From Octopus sinensis (taxonomy: Eukaryota), in contig NC_043008.1 of the NCBI RefSeq assembly GCF_006345805.1, positions 17,484,001 through 17,548,000 of the forward strand: a stretch of 64,000 nucleotides of DNA. The letters run 5' to 3'. Shown piece by piece: positions 1 through 14,088 of this stretch. The translations under genes were made by a program, and so were the position numbers. A model generated the notes under the pieces. The model worked only from the letters and a program-made list of their open reading frames with translations. It searched no databases and had not been told where the DNA came from. Each line of letters starts with the position of its first letter. Position 1 is the first letter of the stretch.

Positions 1-147
1 TGATATGAGATCACCATGTCGTGCACATATAGTTGTGATGCATGTGCCTAGTGTACCCATATCAGGTGAGTAGTCATGATGGGTATACTGGGCTTCGAAT
101 ATTTTACCCCAGTGTCATTTTGATGGCATGCACTGCTCTCTCACACA
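1..147 (+). mobile_element. 3' UTR fragment of a LINE (probably Dong/R4-like) ending in a (TAA)n tract
   Basis: Near-identical sequence (gatatgagatcaccatgtcg...gcactgctctctcac) recurs at ~6085-6232 and partly at 13358-13467, each running into (AAT)n. Confidence 0.6.
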
Positions 148-217
148 ATAATGATAATAATAATAATAATGATAATAATAATGATAATGATAATGATAGT
201 GATAATGATAATAATAA

Positions 218-283
<66 letters not shown>
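145..283. repeat. (TAA)n/(TGA)n microsatellite
   Basis: Direct reading; explains the poly-N/I/L/Y ORFs here. Confidence 0.95.
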
Positions 284-1692
284 CGTTTCGTATATCCGCT
301 ATATGCACGATGGATGGAAAACATATCAAACATATCCAACGCTTTAAGTTAAGGATAAAATGTATCAGAATCAAAAATCTATAAAAATACATTGAAATTA
401 AAAAGATACATAACATTGTTAATGGAATTTCACAAAATACTGGCCACCATGTAAGGCGATAACATATTAATTTTACTATGAGGTTCAAAGATACTCTTCC
501 AGAAGCTTCCTTTCAGATGAGTTAGACGTCTAGATTTTCATTTTTCTACATGTCTGCAACACATAACAAAATCATGCTTTTATCAGTCTGATCCAAACTT
601 GCAGTAATAGTAGTAATAGTAGTCATAGCAACTGCACTAAGAGCAGACAAAAAATTACTACTAATACTACAACGACAAAATACTGCATTACTAACAGTAC
701 TAAAGTTTTCGTTTGTAAAACGAAAAACAGAAACCGAAGCTAAGCTCACAATTACAGGAAGAATTACAGCAATATATGAAAAAAAGATTTCTTCAGATTT
801 TTCGTATAAGTGTATGATATATTTAGTATGAATTTGTTTTTCGTATCATATGTTATATAACTTTCGTGAGATCAACATATCAACCTTACTTTTTTAACGC
901 TTTGCTCGCATACTAACTGATAAAATCAGAGCTAAAATAAATAGAAAATAATTTGGTAACGCTAACAGCTGAGATATACTTAAAACATACGTTGCTTTAT
1001 AGCTTGCTGCATTACGATAGACAATGTGACATGGATTTGCACTTGATACAATCGCATGCTAATTATTTTACACCGAAATCATTATTAGATGTAGCTAGAT
1101 CATCAATTGCACATGCACATGTGTTTGCACGTACCTAAGTACACACACACACACACACACATGGGAAAATGCATACGTATACACGTGTGTGTGTGTGAGC
1201 GTGTATATGTATATATTATATATATTTATACGGATATATATATGTATATGTCTGTGAGTATTTATATATAGATATAATTATATGCACTTATGTACATATA
1301 TATATGCATATATACACGTATATGCATACATATGTATGTATATATATATACACATACATATGCACATTTATTTATACTTACATACATAGACACATACATA
1401 GACACGTACATGAACACATACTTATGCATATTTATGGATATACTTAATACAAGCTTACGGAGAAGTTTAATTTGGCAGCCATTTTCTTATTGCATCTTGT
1501 CAGACATACAGTGCAACAATTTATTTATTTATTTACCTATTTATTCGTGGAAGATATATATTTTCGTGTTGTATATGACGTATTTAATTTGCATTACACA
1601 ACATACATAATTGTTCTAGTTTTTGTACATACACACACACTCTATCTATCTATATATATCTATCTATATATCTATCTATATATATATATCTA

Positions 1693-1741
<49 letters not shown>

Positions 1742-1861
1742 CACTTTCACGTACACAATTATATATATAAAACACCGTAACTATACAATCATATATGGGC
1801 AATTATAAATTGTCCCATTGATAAATTTATTTCGGTAACATATATATTTGAATTAATCTTT

Positions 1862-2030
1862 GCTACTATAAGCACAAAGCCTGAAATTTTATAGGAGAAC
1901 ACTAGTCAGCAACATTGGCCCCACTCCTCACACGGTATTTGTCTTATCGACTCCTGACAATGAAAGGTAAAATTGACCTCAGCGGAATTTGAACTCAGAA
2001 TGCAAAGCCGAAAAAATGCCGCAAAGAATA
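1862..2030 (-). mobile_element. Degenerate SINE family 1 copy (tail B)
   Basis: Matches the family body (gaatttgaactcagaa, aaaggtaaaattgacctcagcgg) and the aaatttcaggctttgtgc tail. Confidence 0.7.
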
Positions 2031-2377
2031 TTTCAAACAGTGAAATATTTCTACTATCTCTCTCTACATGTTTGTATAAAAATACGTCGTTCATATGACA
2101 TGGATTGTATAAACTATGTAATGTTTAAAGCAATTCCAAATGTTCCCGAGCTGTTTTCTATAAAAGCGTCATCCGATTGTTGCTGAAACTTGTTTATACG
2201 CGGTCAGTTTTAGCTCAGGTGACATAATTTCAAAAACGCGTGTAATTAAAACACCCATTCTTTCCCTATGTATGTCAAGATCTGTATTTTTCCACATACC
2301 ACACTATATGTATGTGTGTATTATATATACATCATATCATGTATGTATCTATATATATTTTATATGTGTGTGTGTAC

Positions 2378-2570
<193 letters not shown>

Positions 2571-3285
2571 ATATGCATATGAACATATTTAGACACTTCC
2601 GCAAGCAAGAAGTGAGAGTGTGTATGTGTATTCGTTGTGTCCAAAATTTCGCCAAGTGTAATTTATCATTTACATACGCATAAACCAATTTGATATAATT
2701 TTAGTCGTACACATTCACTGGCAAATGATTGACCACTGCACAATGTTGAAATAATTGCCACTCTGCTGTATAAGACGAAAGCCTTCTCAAAACGTTCATA
2801 GTTTCCCTGAGTTCATGTAGACGACTATTAAGCTTACTTCCACCATTATCTCTTTTTCGTACATGCTGACTAAATATTGAAACACTTTCCTCTCAGTAAT
2901 TCCGTCTCTCTCTCTAACTCACATATTACTGCTCCTCACATATGCTACGTCTCCAATTTTCACTAAATATATAGTACTTTCCTACCATCCGCTCTATTTG
3001 TCTCTCTTCTCACTCTTGCAATATCATTTATCACCTCTCGCTCTCTTCGACATTCGGTCTATTACACGACCTCATTCATTTTTCACTTCAAAACTACAGT
3101 TTTAAAATGTTCGAAATTTAAAGAGAGGGCATGAAAATAATATTAAAAAATACATTCGGCTTATTATATAACATACATAAGTAAGTATTCTTACCTATAG
3201 ACGTTGACACATACATATATGCACGTATGTATGTATATATATATATACATTAATACATATGTATATATATATATATGTGTATGTA

Positions 3286-3367
<82 letters not shown>

Positions 3368-4377
3368 ATAAGGGCATATATATATACATTTATATATACA
3401 TATATCTATTTATATAGATCTGTATATATATGTGTGTGTGTGATTTATATTCGTATATGTACATACACTCACACACAGACACACACAAACACATATATTT
3501 CAAATTAATCAGTATTTTACTAGCGTTTAATTAGCTGAGTGACAAGTTAAGTGGGTTATGACATGTGCCTCGCCAACATGACAAATATATTTAGATTCAT
3601 AGATGTATCTTCAATTATTTTCGGCAGATGTATATTTTATTATTGTTCTTCTTCATAAAGACTACGTAGTTATTAATTACATTTTGCTGACGCATTTATA
3701 GACGATATTATTCTTTTTAAGCACGCAATATATACATGCATCCACATACATACACACATTTACATATTCATGCACACATCCATCCATATAGATACATGTA
3801 TATATACATATATGTATATGTTTATATATATGTGTGTGTATGTATATATGTATATATATGTATGCATATATATATATATGTGTGTATATATATATATGTG
3901 TGTATATATACATATGTATATAAATGCGTGTTTGTGTGTATGTGTGTGTGTGTATGTGTGTGTATGTGTATAGATGTTGTGTGTATACGTATGTAAATGT
4001 ATGTATTCAAATAGAAAATGCAGTAAAGAATGTGAAGTCAGTTTCGCTGATAGATTTTATTGTTTAAAAAAACATAGGAAGAAATCATTTAAGTTACATC
4101 GTAATTTTCACAATAAACATAAAAAAATAGGATAAGAGTTTGAAATACGCCACGTCCAAGAACTTTTCTTTTATTCTCTATCATATGAGAAGCAATAAAC
4201 ATGGAGAAAATTGAAGAAAAGTAAGTCCCTTAAGTAGGCGGAGAAATAGAAGGAAAATGTTCCTTTCTACTATAGGCTGCAAAATACCTTTTGCAGAATA
4301 AAACAGTAAAGATAAGGACGATGAATATAAACGCGTGTAAATGATAAAAAGTATTTATCAATTAAAAAGCAGAATTA

Positions 4378-4750
4378 CTATCATCATCATTATTGTTCGA
4401 CCGTGGTCGAGACAATGGAATTTACCATGCTACGCCAGACTTCACGGTCCATCATGGCATTACGGAAGTCCTGTTGCTGGATGCCTGTATCCCTGGAGAT
4501 TACATCAGGGTAGGAGAGTGTGCGCCCTCTGGTATTGCGAGTAGATGGCTTCCAGAGGAGAAGAGTAGAAATTACCTCTTTTTCAGCTCTACAACAATTT
4601 CAAGCAAACTGGACTCTCCTACCTTTCACAACAGATGACACAGGTGGTAGTTTCCCATATATTTGCATTTTGGTTGGACGGTGCTTCCACGAGAGATTTT
4701 GAGCTCTCATAAGGAGGCGAGTATAGGTTCCATCCAACCGCCTCTCAAGC
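4378..4750 (-). pseudogene. Non-LTR retrotransposon ORF2 C-terminal fragment (RTE-like) with short (GAT)n tail
   Basis: Minus-strand translation RLDGTYTRLLMRAQNLSWKHRPTKMQIYGKLPPVSSVVKGRRVQFA*NCCRAEKEVISTLLLWKP...MDREVWRSMV resembles post-RT regions of RTE-like LINEs; internal stop. Confidence 0.7.
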
Positions 4751-5313
4751 TTCTTTAGAATTACTATAGTAAAATACTACAATAATGAAGGAAACCACAA
4801 ACAGGGCTTACCAAGGAAACTCACTGATCTCTAGTCACCGTGCTCACCAGAAGTGCCATGTTAGTGATATAATTTATCCTGTGTGTTTTTGTTTGTTTTT
4901 TTGCTATGTGAAAAAACAGCTCTATTTTTGCAGCTCACGAGCATGGAGCTGTATATGGGTGTAACTTGCTGTTATTTTTTGGTGTGGGTTTCAGAGAGAG
5001 CGAGAGAGAGTTAGGAAAATCGTTAGCACGTTGAGAAAGAAGGCGTTTTATGCTCTAAGCTCAAATTACGCGGAAGTCACTTTGTCATTCGATAAAATAA
5101 GTACTGGTGTCGATGCAATCGACGACTCCTTCCCCCAAAATTTTAGGCTTTGTACCTATATTGGAAAGGACTATTGTGTGCCCTTTCTACCTGAGCGTTA
5201 GCGGCCTTCACCAGATCCTGGCTGATAAAAGTTAGCAGAAACATATAATCATATTTCTAGTAATTGCAGTTAGAGTTACAGGAGGGGCTTTCTCTTGTAT
5301 ACTGTGAGACTTC

Positions 5314-5360
<47 letters not shown>

Positions 5361-5368
5361 TAATAATA

Positions 5369-5507
5369 CTAGGCACTGCACACATCCTACGCAGAACACT
5401 TTCCATACAATAACCATCAGAGCATCACAACAAATCACAGCACATACCCAAGGCACACAGAGCTGTGCTCGGTAGTGAAGTGAAAGCACGCTATAAAAAT
5501 AAAACTA

Positions 5508-5510
<3 letters not shown>
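5369..5510 (+). mobile_element. 5'-truncated Dong/R4-like LINE 3' end inserted within a (TAA)n tract
   Basis: Encodes LGTAHILRRTLSIQ*, a typical R4/Dong ORF terminus; (TAA)n on both sides. Confidence 0.7.
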
Positions 5511-5541
<31 letters not shown>

Positions 5542-5592
5542 TAATAATAATAATATAATAATAATAATAATAGCATAATAATAATAATAGTA

Positions 5593-5640
<48 letters not shown>

Positions 5641-5669
5641 TAATAATAATAATAATAATGATAATGATG

Positions 5670-5738
<69 letters not shown>

Positions 5739-5739
5739 T

Positions 5740-6232
5740 TTAACTGATTGGAAGTGTCATCATGTGCATTATTTTGTCTTGGTATAAAAAATAAGCTACA
5801 GCAAATATTCTGCTCAGTACCACAGATTTGCATTTTCAGTTGTTCGACCATAACCAGTTGAGCATGTCCTTTACTGGCTGACGATATCTGTATCTCTGAT
5901 CATGAGCAGAAGTAGTGGGGGAGAATTATAGCCCTCTGTTGAGGAATTCTTTGGGGTTCGATAGTTCACCTCCGGAAACATCCTTAAACCGTTCTTATTC
6001 AGGTACCTTTTGAGCGGGATGGGCTACACGACCTGAAGAAATTTCTAACTGGGCCCCACCTGCAAGGTTATGCGCTGTTCATCTTGATATGAGATCACCA
6101 TGTCGCGCACACAAGGTTGTGATGCATGTGCCTAGTGTACCCATATCAGGCGAGAAGACATGATGGGTATACGGAGCTTCGCATATATTTACCCCAGTTT
6201 CACTTTGATGGCATTGACTTCTCTCTCGCTCA
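5740..6232 (+). mobile_element. LINE 3' UTR fragment (same family as 1-147)
   Basis: Shares ~150 bp terminal sequence with 1-147 and 13358-13467; bounded by TAA/TTA repeats. Confidence 0.6.
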
Positions 6233-7920
6233 ATAATAATTATTATTATTATAATTCTTTGCAAGTGTTGGCTATTTCTAAGAAAACAATGAGACAGTCT
6301 TGTAACATTTTAATTTATAATGCTTCAATTATATTGTTTAATTTTTTGCATAATCTTAAAGCAATATACATGCTGCAAATTAATATTGTAGTTGGAATAC
6401 AAGGCAGTAGATTGCAGTTTACATCATACGTAATATATCATAGTGTCTTAAATTTACTTTTTGAAGCAACATGTTTTCTGATTGTAATATAAACGTAACT
6501 GTACATTTCTAATTTGAACGAAAGCTGTGAAAGAATTTAAAACAATTTTTGTTCAAATTACATTGATATACGCGTATACAAATGAGTATGAGAATTCTTA
6601 TAATATACGTATATATTCTGTTTACACACACACAGATACACACCCGCACAAACACCCATATATATATATATATATACATATTTACTGTCTCCCGGGTTTA
6701 TTGTGCTAAGTCGCTTGGTGTTAAAATAAGAGTATTATTAAATTAATATCCAATTTTTCGCCCTCATTTTTGTATATATATATATATACATATATGTGAG
6801 TATATATATATAAATATATATATGTGTGTGTGTGTGTGTGTTGTGTGTGTGTGTGTGTGTTTGAATATAAATATGTTTCGTAATATACTTATTAATATAA
6901 CACTTGCGATGCCCATACCAAAAAATACTCTTCTCATAACTATGAAATATCAGTTGCCAGTTGTATGAATGTCAGAGGAAAAAAGGTGCGATTGAGATTC
7001 AGCATTTAAATCGTCACGTTCTTGACGTCTATTGTCTAACTCTGATGGAGATTAAGTGTGTTCGTAACTAGAGCTGCAATATATTACTCTAAAATACTTG
7101 TAATATTTTTTAGCAAAGAAGTTTAAACTTATCATCAGATACTGAATTTGCAGTTTTTACGGTACACGACATGTGCAACACTCTAACATCATGTAGGATA
7201 TGATTGTAATATCTCCCACATGAACCCTTTTTGTATTCTAAACTTTTATATTTCTTAATCATAACGAGTAAAGCATTCTACGTTTCCCGCAGTCAAACTT
7301 AAATATTTGATAGAATTCCAATGACTACAAGATATAGCTGTTCACAAAACATGTAAGATATAATTACAAAAAATTAAACTATACCAACCGACATAAGTTA
7401 TTTGTGTTGGAACATCTGCAAAGTGATCTCTTCTAAATTAGTCATACAATAAGTCAAGACAGCTTTATAAGATCAACTTATGTCTGTGAGAAGACATTAG
7501 GAAATTGGAATATGTTCGGTAAGGAATGAAAAATTCTTAAAGAATATCAGTATGCATACTCATATATGTATGTGTATGTGTGTGTGCGTGCCTACGTGCT
7601 TACGTACGTATGTATATATGTTTGTATGTATGTATGTATGTGTTTGTATATGGATGAATGGGTGCTGAAAAATTCCTCAATTTAAACGTATCACAAGTAA
7701 TTTATTTATTGTGATAAATATTAGGGTGCACAATCTCCGACCGAATCTTTCATATTCATGAATCTCATGAACTTTGGCCATTTAAACTTCAAATCCGTGA
7801 TTGTTGGTAAAACAAGAAAAGTTTTTGATTCAAATTCGGAAAAATACGTCAACATCTGTCTGGATGAATGTATCACATTATAGAAGCAGACACATACACA
7901 TGAACACATGTATGCATACT

Positions 7921-8125
7921 TACGAGGGACTGCGAAAAATTTCCTGGATTTGATGAACAGAAACTACAGAAGGGTCAGTTAATTATGATTTTATTCAACA
8001 TATGACCCTCTCAGATTCACACACTTATGACAGCAGCCCTTCAGTGTTTCTAAGACCTCTAAAGGAATTCGGAAGATCGGGCCTCCAACTAGGACTTTCA
8101 CGATACCTTAAAACTAGATACTTTA
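7921..8125. mobile_element. Possible mariner-type terminal fragment
   Basis: Begins TA-CGAGGG, a common mariner TIR start; no partner TIR found. Confidence 0.35.
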
Positions 8126-8320
8126 CAGCACATACTCCTACATACATACATACATACATACATACTTACATACATACATACATACAGACATAGGCACGTA
8201 CACCGAACCCACGCACACAATCAGGCACGCACACGAGCACATACACACACACATACATACATACATACGGACACACGCACGTTACACCGAGCCCACACAC
8301 ACAATCAGGCACGCACACGA

Positions 8321-8351
<31 letters not shown>

Positions 8352-8404
8352 TCTATTATATGTTTCAGCCCTGAGGCTCTGGCCATTCTGAAACACCGCC
8401 AATG

Positions 8405-8752
8405 TAATCATCTATTAAATGTCTAATTCTATATTTCTATGTGATTGGCTTTTAGCGAAGGAGGGAGTTCGATACGGCTGTTCCATTTTTAGTTTCCTAC
8501 TTTGATATTGGTTCGTCTCGTATCTTGGATAGCAAGAGGTCAAGTTGTTACTTGAAAACATATACCCCACTCCATGGAGATCCAAGGCGTTAAATAAATG
8601 CCGGATTTTGAATTGCAAGCTATTGCAGTACATGGTTCTCGCCTTAGATGAAACAGCTTGGACTTGGGAACAATAAAGTGTCGTCCAGTTTGAGGACTGG
8701 TAAAACTCTGAATTCCAAAGTTTAGTACCAGCCCCTCCAGTATCTTCCATAT
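8405..8752 (-). pseudogene. CR1/L2-group LINE ORF2 C-terminal fragment
   Basis: WKILEGLVLNFGIQSFTSPQTGRHFIVPK followed by a frameshifted RTMYCNSLQFKIRHLFNAL...DLHGV, typical of CR1-group C-termini. Confidence 0.65.
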
Positions 8753-8792
8753 ATATATATATATATATAATATATATATTATATATATATAT

Positions 8793-8833
<41 letters not shown>

Positions 8834-9361
8834 CACTGCATACCTATCTCTCTTCGCTCCAGGAAGTAGTGTCATATATACATATGCTATCGTCATCCAG
8901 TTTGCTTCCAGTCAGCGGTTATTTATTTCTAAGTTATGACATACAGGTTACATGACGGAAAAATTACGATAAACACATGCTTGTCATTTGCTCCTTATGT
9001 AGGTTTCCTAAATGAGGCCGCATGGTATTCAGGTATAACAGTTCCAAATGAAACTGGTAGTTTAATCACAACGGAACAACACAAGAGGACTTTATTGTAT
9101 TATGATACAGAGATCAAGTATTTATGATCAAATGTCTGTGAAACATTTCATCTGTGAATCATAATGAAATAAAAAATTCCTCTGATGGTCTGTAGGGATT
9201 AAGCATCAATTCAAAGTTCGAACATCTAATTCACAAATTCCATTCTACCACATCTTGTGTGTATCAGAAAGTCTAATATACATATGTGTGTGTGTGTATA
9301 CATATATACAAATACATATATATCTGTATAAGTACATATATATATGTATATAATATATATG

Positions 9362-9407
<46 letters not shown>

Positions 9408-9472
9408 ATATATATATATATGTGTGTGTGTGTATGTATATATATTATATATATATATATTATATGTGTGTG

Positions 9473-9511
<39 letters not shown>

Positions 9512-9514
9512 ATG

Positions 9515-9579
<65 letters not shown>

Positions 9580-9582
9580 ATG

Positions 9583-9618
<36 letters not shown>

Positions 9619-9669
9619 ATATATAACATATACATATATAATATATAAACGGTATATATATATATATTA

Positions 9670-9718
<49 letters not shown>

Positions 9719-11213
9719 GTTATCTATTTTGGCCGTCTTTTTAAATATACCAATATGTTTTATTATGAAACAATAATTTTACGATTTTGCATTTAAATAT
9801 ATATTGCCTTATATGTTTGAAATCATAATTCATTAGAAATGAAAAAAAACTTCACCGTCTATAACAGTATTAATATGTTGACTTCTTTAAATGAAACACT
9901 AATTGAAGTCATTTTTCGAATCCATTCTTTGTTTTTGGCGCAGGTATAATTATGTAAATTCATGATTTTCTTTTGGTTGTTTTATTACATTCATAACCGT
10001 ACACCGTGTTTGATGTTAAATAATTTCCAAATTGCAAATCCATTTATTATTTTAACTGTAGCTTTTATACATATATTTTTTTTATTTTTCTATTCTCCAC
10101 GTTTATTTCTTTTTTGTTTTTTTTTACTTTGAAATCTTCATGTGCATTAGTGATATTACACCGTATTTTCTACCCCTCAATTATGAAATCAATGCGATTA
10201 AATATCAATTTCGTCATATACCGATTATTACGCGAAACAATTCCGAATATACAGTTAGTTGGTGTATATTCCCCCAAATATACCAACTTCGTATTTATAA
10301 TTTAAAATACTTTAGCTATTTTAATTGTCACCCATACATCTAGATTTCGAATTCTTAAGATGATAATTACATTTGATAAATCGGAATGTAACTTTAGATA
10401 TGCAACAGAAGAGGGAAGATAGGTATTTGCTATTTTTGTTTTGTTTTGTCTTGCATTTTCTTTTGTATTGTTTTTGTGACCATTATTGTATGAGAATATA
10501 TGGATAAATGATATATTCCTTCTCTGTTAATACAAAATGGGTGAATTAACTGCTGGATACTTCCATGAATCTGAAAAATATAGGAAATAATCTTATTAGA
10601 TTACGAAGATAATATCTTCTTAATATTTTTTTCCTATCGAGATAATGGAAATGATGATGAATATGAACATGAAAAATGAATATTCTGAAAACGTGAATGT
10701 AATATAGACACACATATACACTCACTCGCACACACACACAAACACAAACACATGAAAACACACACACTGAAATACACACAGACACACACACACAAACACG
10801 CATGTATTCTTTAAAAATTAGAAAAAACGCCATAAATATTACTCTCTTAAAAAAATTATTAGTTTTCATGATAGATTGTTTTCAGCTTGCATCTTGCGAT
10901 AACGTGTATGTGGTTTTATCATTGAGCAATATAGACTCTGCTGCGATAATATCTGCTGATGATACGTGGTAAAGTGTATTTCGACACAGGGAACGTTAAC
11001 CAAATCCTCATTTAAAATCAACCAAATACGTTGATATTTTTGTAAATTATCTGACAGTATTGAGTGTTAATTTAAATAATTATGTAAGCTCGAATCTCGT
11101 CAAAATCTGCTTTGCTGATATAGTAATTTCAAGTTATTTGCTATATTACTTTTCTGTGAGACTTCGTTTTCTCTTTCGTTTTAATTAAACATTTATATAT
11201 ATTTATGTGTATC

Positions 11214-11380
11214 TATTGGGTTGTGCGGAAAGTTCATGCCGATTTTTAAAGGAAGAAAAAGGTCAATAAATACTTGCCATTACATTTCTAATGAACCAAA
11301 TATGAACCATTTTGTTGCACAATGCGTCTCCATCTTTCCTTTAACTTGAAAATACCCTCTTCCCAGATTGGAAAGCCTCC
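11214..11380. mobile_element. Mariner terminal fragment
   Basis: TA-TTGGGTTGTGCGGAAAGTTCATGCCGATTTT resembles a mariner TIR. Confidence 0.5.
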
Positions 11381-11384
11381 AGAC

Positions 11385-11863
11385 CCAAACACATCCACTG
11401 TATGAAATAATGCAAATCTGGATTCATCTCAGAAAATCTCTCTATCCCCAAATGAAGCGGATTTTTCTGACATCTCCTCAGCCCATTTCTTTCTTTTCAT
11501 AATATTAATTGGTTGAAGAAGAGGTTTTCTTCTAGCTGCTCGTCCATAATACCCAAGCTTATGCAGATATGTAACACACGTTCTTAGAATAACTTCTAGC
11601 GGCTTTGCTATGGCAGAAGCCTTCGAACGGAGTTCGTTTTCCATAATTCTCTTCAAATAGCGAAGCTTCCTTTCCGAGGGCCCAAGTCGGCAGGACGAGA
11701 ATGTGTTGATTCTTTTCCTTAGATTTTGAATTTCACTATAATTCTATTAACAATAGGAAGATTTTCGGCAATTTTTACGCTGGCTAAGACCAACATCAGA
11801 CTGTCCAACAATACGATCTCTTTGAAAATCTGATAGTTCTGGTTAATTTTCTGTGCGGGGCAT
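11385..11863 (-). pseudogene. Tc1-family transposase, degraded N-terminal part
   Basis: MPRTEN*PELSDFQRDRIVGQSDVGLSQRKIA (paired-like HTH), LHKLGYYGRAARRKPLL (Tc3-type HTH linker), IF*DESRF (first catalytic D motif); stops and frameshifts. Confidence 0.85.
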
Positions 11864-12007
11864 GGTTACTCTTCGCAAATGTTTAATATAATGGCACCTG
11901 GAATGAAAAAGAATAATAACATTGTAAATTCTACACCGCTGAAAGCATATTAAATCGCTTAGATCAGAAATTTTGAAAATTAAAGGTGTCTATTTCCTCC
12001 TATATGT

Positions 12008-12056
<49 letters not shown>

Positions 12057-12089
12057 ATATTATATATATATATATATATAGATAAATAT

Positions 12090-12395
12090 AAAACTTACTT
12101 GGAGAAAAGAAAACAACGCGTGCGTTCGGTCATATAATAACAATATAATAAATAAACATATGCATATATACATACATATATGTACATACTTACAACTATA
12201 TGTATATATACATGCATATATGAGTACAGGACACCACAAATAAACGTAGAACACAGCGAGAAACGAAAACATAAAATCAAACAAGGAAACTGACTTTTTT
12301 TAACAACGAAAAAACAGAGTACAGGACAAACAATACAAGGAAAACTCCCCTTCATCAGCTGCCCCTGGTTCGACTCAATGCGTGTTTCGAAGGTA
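12090..12395 (-). repeat. Dispersed repeat, related copy in opposite orientation at ~40570-40895 (possibly Penelope-like derived)
   Basis: Shared blocks such as ttccttgt...gtactctgttttt...ttttatgttttcgtttctc...ttatatga(c/t)cgaacgc...ccaagtaagttt. Confidence 0.55.
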
Positions 12396-12443
12396 AGTAT
12401 GTATATGTATGTATATATGCATATGTTTTATTTATTATATTGT

Positions 12444-12493
<50 letters not shown>

Positions 12494-12510
12494 ATATATA
12501 TATTATATAT

Positions 12511-12642
12511 ATTTATTATATAGAAGGAGCTTCTACAGGACTAGTACTGTTTCATTCAAGAGAAATCTTCAGGATGCTTCCTGAAGATTTCTCTTGAATG
12601 AAACAGTACTAGTCCTGTAGAAGCTCCTTCTATATAATAAAT
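12511..12642. repeat. Perfect inverted repeat, 64-bp arms with 4-nt loop (TGCT)
   Basis: 12511-12574 is the exact reverse complement of 12579-12642. Confidence 0.95.
12576..12624 (+). ncRNA. Candidate minimal type I hammerhead ribozyme
   Basis: GCUUC-CUGAAGA-U-UUC[UCUU]GAA-U-GAAA-CAG[UACUAGUC]CUG-UA-GAAGC: stem I 5 bp, core CUGANGA/GAAA, stem III, GUA triplet; the 10.1/11.1 pair is an atypical U-U. Confidence 0.5.
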
Positions 12643-12788
12643 TAATTTTACTCTGCTATGATTGAGTACCTACTTACTGTGGTTAACCCCGGATCAACCC
12701 GGGACCTACATATATATATATATATATACATATATATGTATGTATATGTATATGTATATATATGTATATATCTATATCTATTTATCTA

Positions 12789-12820
<32 letters not shown>

Positions 12821-12880
12821 CATATATATGTATGTATATGTATATGTATATATATGTATATATCTATATCTATTTATCTA

Positions 12881-12912
<32 letters not shown>

Positions 12913-13302
12913 CATATATGTGTGTTTGTGTGTATAATTATTTTTTTATATCAGTAATTAAAAATAGAACAAGGTGACATGGCTCTCTTCAAGGTCAAGG
13001 TCAGCATTCTCATTGCTGAGTAGTAGTAGTAAACACATTTGACCTCTGCTGATCCCAAGCATGCGAGGCCGCTTTTGTCTCCTTATCGCACAGGAATGCC
13101 CATTGCTAATCTCTTCACCATCTGCTGAATCTATTTACAGACCTGTGGAATTTAATCTATCTACCAGGCAGTCTATGTTGCCCCTACTACTCCCTTAAAT
13201 ACTCACATATTTATGATCATCCCAATATAAGACCAAAGTTGAAAAAAACAATACCTTTTAATAATAAAAGGAAATAATAATAATGACAATAATAGTGATG
13301 GA

Positions 13303-13357
<55 letters not shown>

Positions 13358-13360
<3 letters not shown>

Positions 13361-13467
13361 CATGTGCCTGGTGTACCTTTATCAGACGGGTAGTCATGAT
13401 GGGTATATTGGGCTTCGTATATTTTGCCCCAGTGTCACTTTGATGGTATGCACTGCTCTCTCACTCA
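13358..13467 (+). mobile_element. Short LINE 3' tail inserted within (TAA)n (family of 1-147)
   Basis: gcatgtgcctggtgtacc...gcactgctctctcactc flanked by (AAT)n on both sides. Confidence 0.65.
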
Positions 13468-13566
13468 ATAATAATAATAATAATAATAATAATAACTTAG
13501 CCAAAGCTCATATCGGATCAGAGGGAATATAAACCATGACAAATAGTAGTAAAAGAAATGACTATT

Positions 13567-13772
13567 TTACTTGTTTCAGTCATTTGACTGTGACCATGGT
13601 GGAGCAACGCCTTTAGTCGAGCAAGTCGACCCTAGGACTTATTCTTTGTAAGCCTAGTACTTATGATATCGGTCTTTTGTCGAACCGCTAAGTTACGGGG
13701 ACGTAAACGCACCAACATCGGTTGTCAAGCGATGTTGGGGGACAAACACAGACACATAAACATATATACACA

Positions 13773-13815
<43 letters not shown>

Positions 13816-13885
13816 TATATATATATATGTGTGTGTGTGTGTATGTGTGTGTGTATATATGTTTATGTGTCTGTTTATGTGTCTG

Positions 13886-13920
<35 letters not shown>

Positions 13921-14088
13921 TATACATATATATATATACGACAGGCTTCTTTCAGTTTCCGTCTACCAAATCCACTCACAAGGCTATGGTCGGCCCGGGG
14001 CTATAGTAGAAGGTGCCACGCAGTGGGACTGAACTCGGAACTATGTGGTTTGTAAGTAAGCTACTTACCACACAGCCACTGTTGCGCT
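13567..14088 (-). mobile_element. SINE family 3 (long tRNA-derived SINE with internal TA/TG microsatellite)
   Basis: Head gtggctgtgtggtaag...gttcagtccc, core ggcaccttgggcaagtgtctt (partly deleted here), tail ctccagcatggccgcagtcaaatgactgaaacaagtaaaa; many copies in window. Confidence 0.85.

Noticed and set aside
7722-7880. Open plus-strand frame GAQSPTESFIF...KYVNICLDECITL as a host exon
   Set aside because: No recognisable domain and no convincing splice-site pair.
8200-8345. Short tandem duplications inside microsatellite regions (also 12700-12930)
   Set aside because: Ordinary slippage products.
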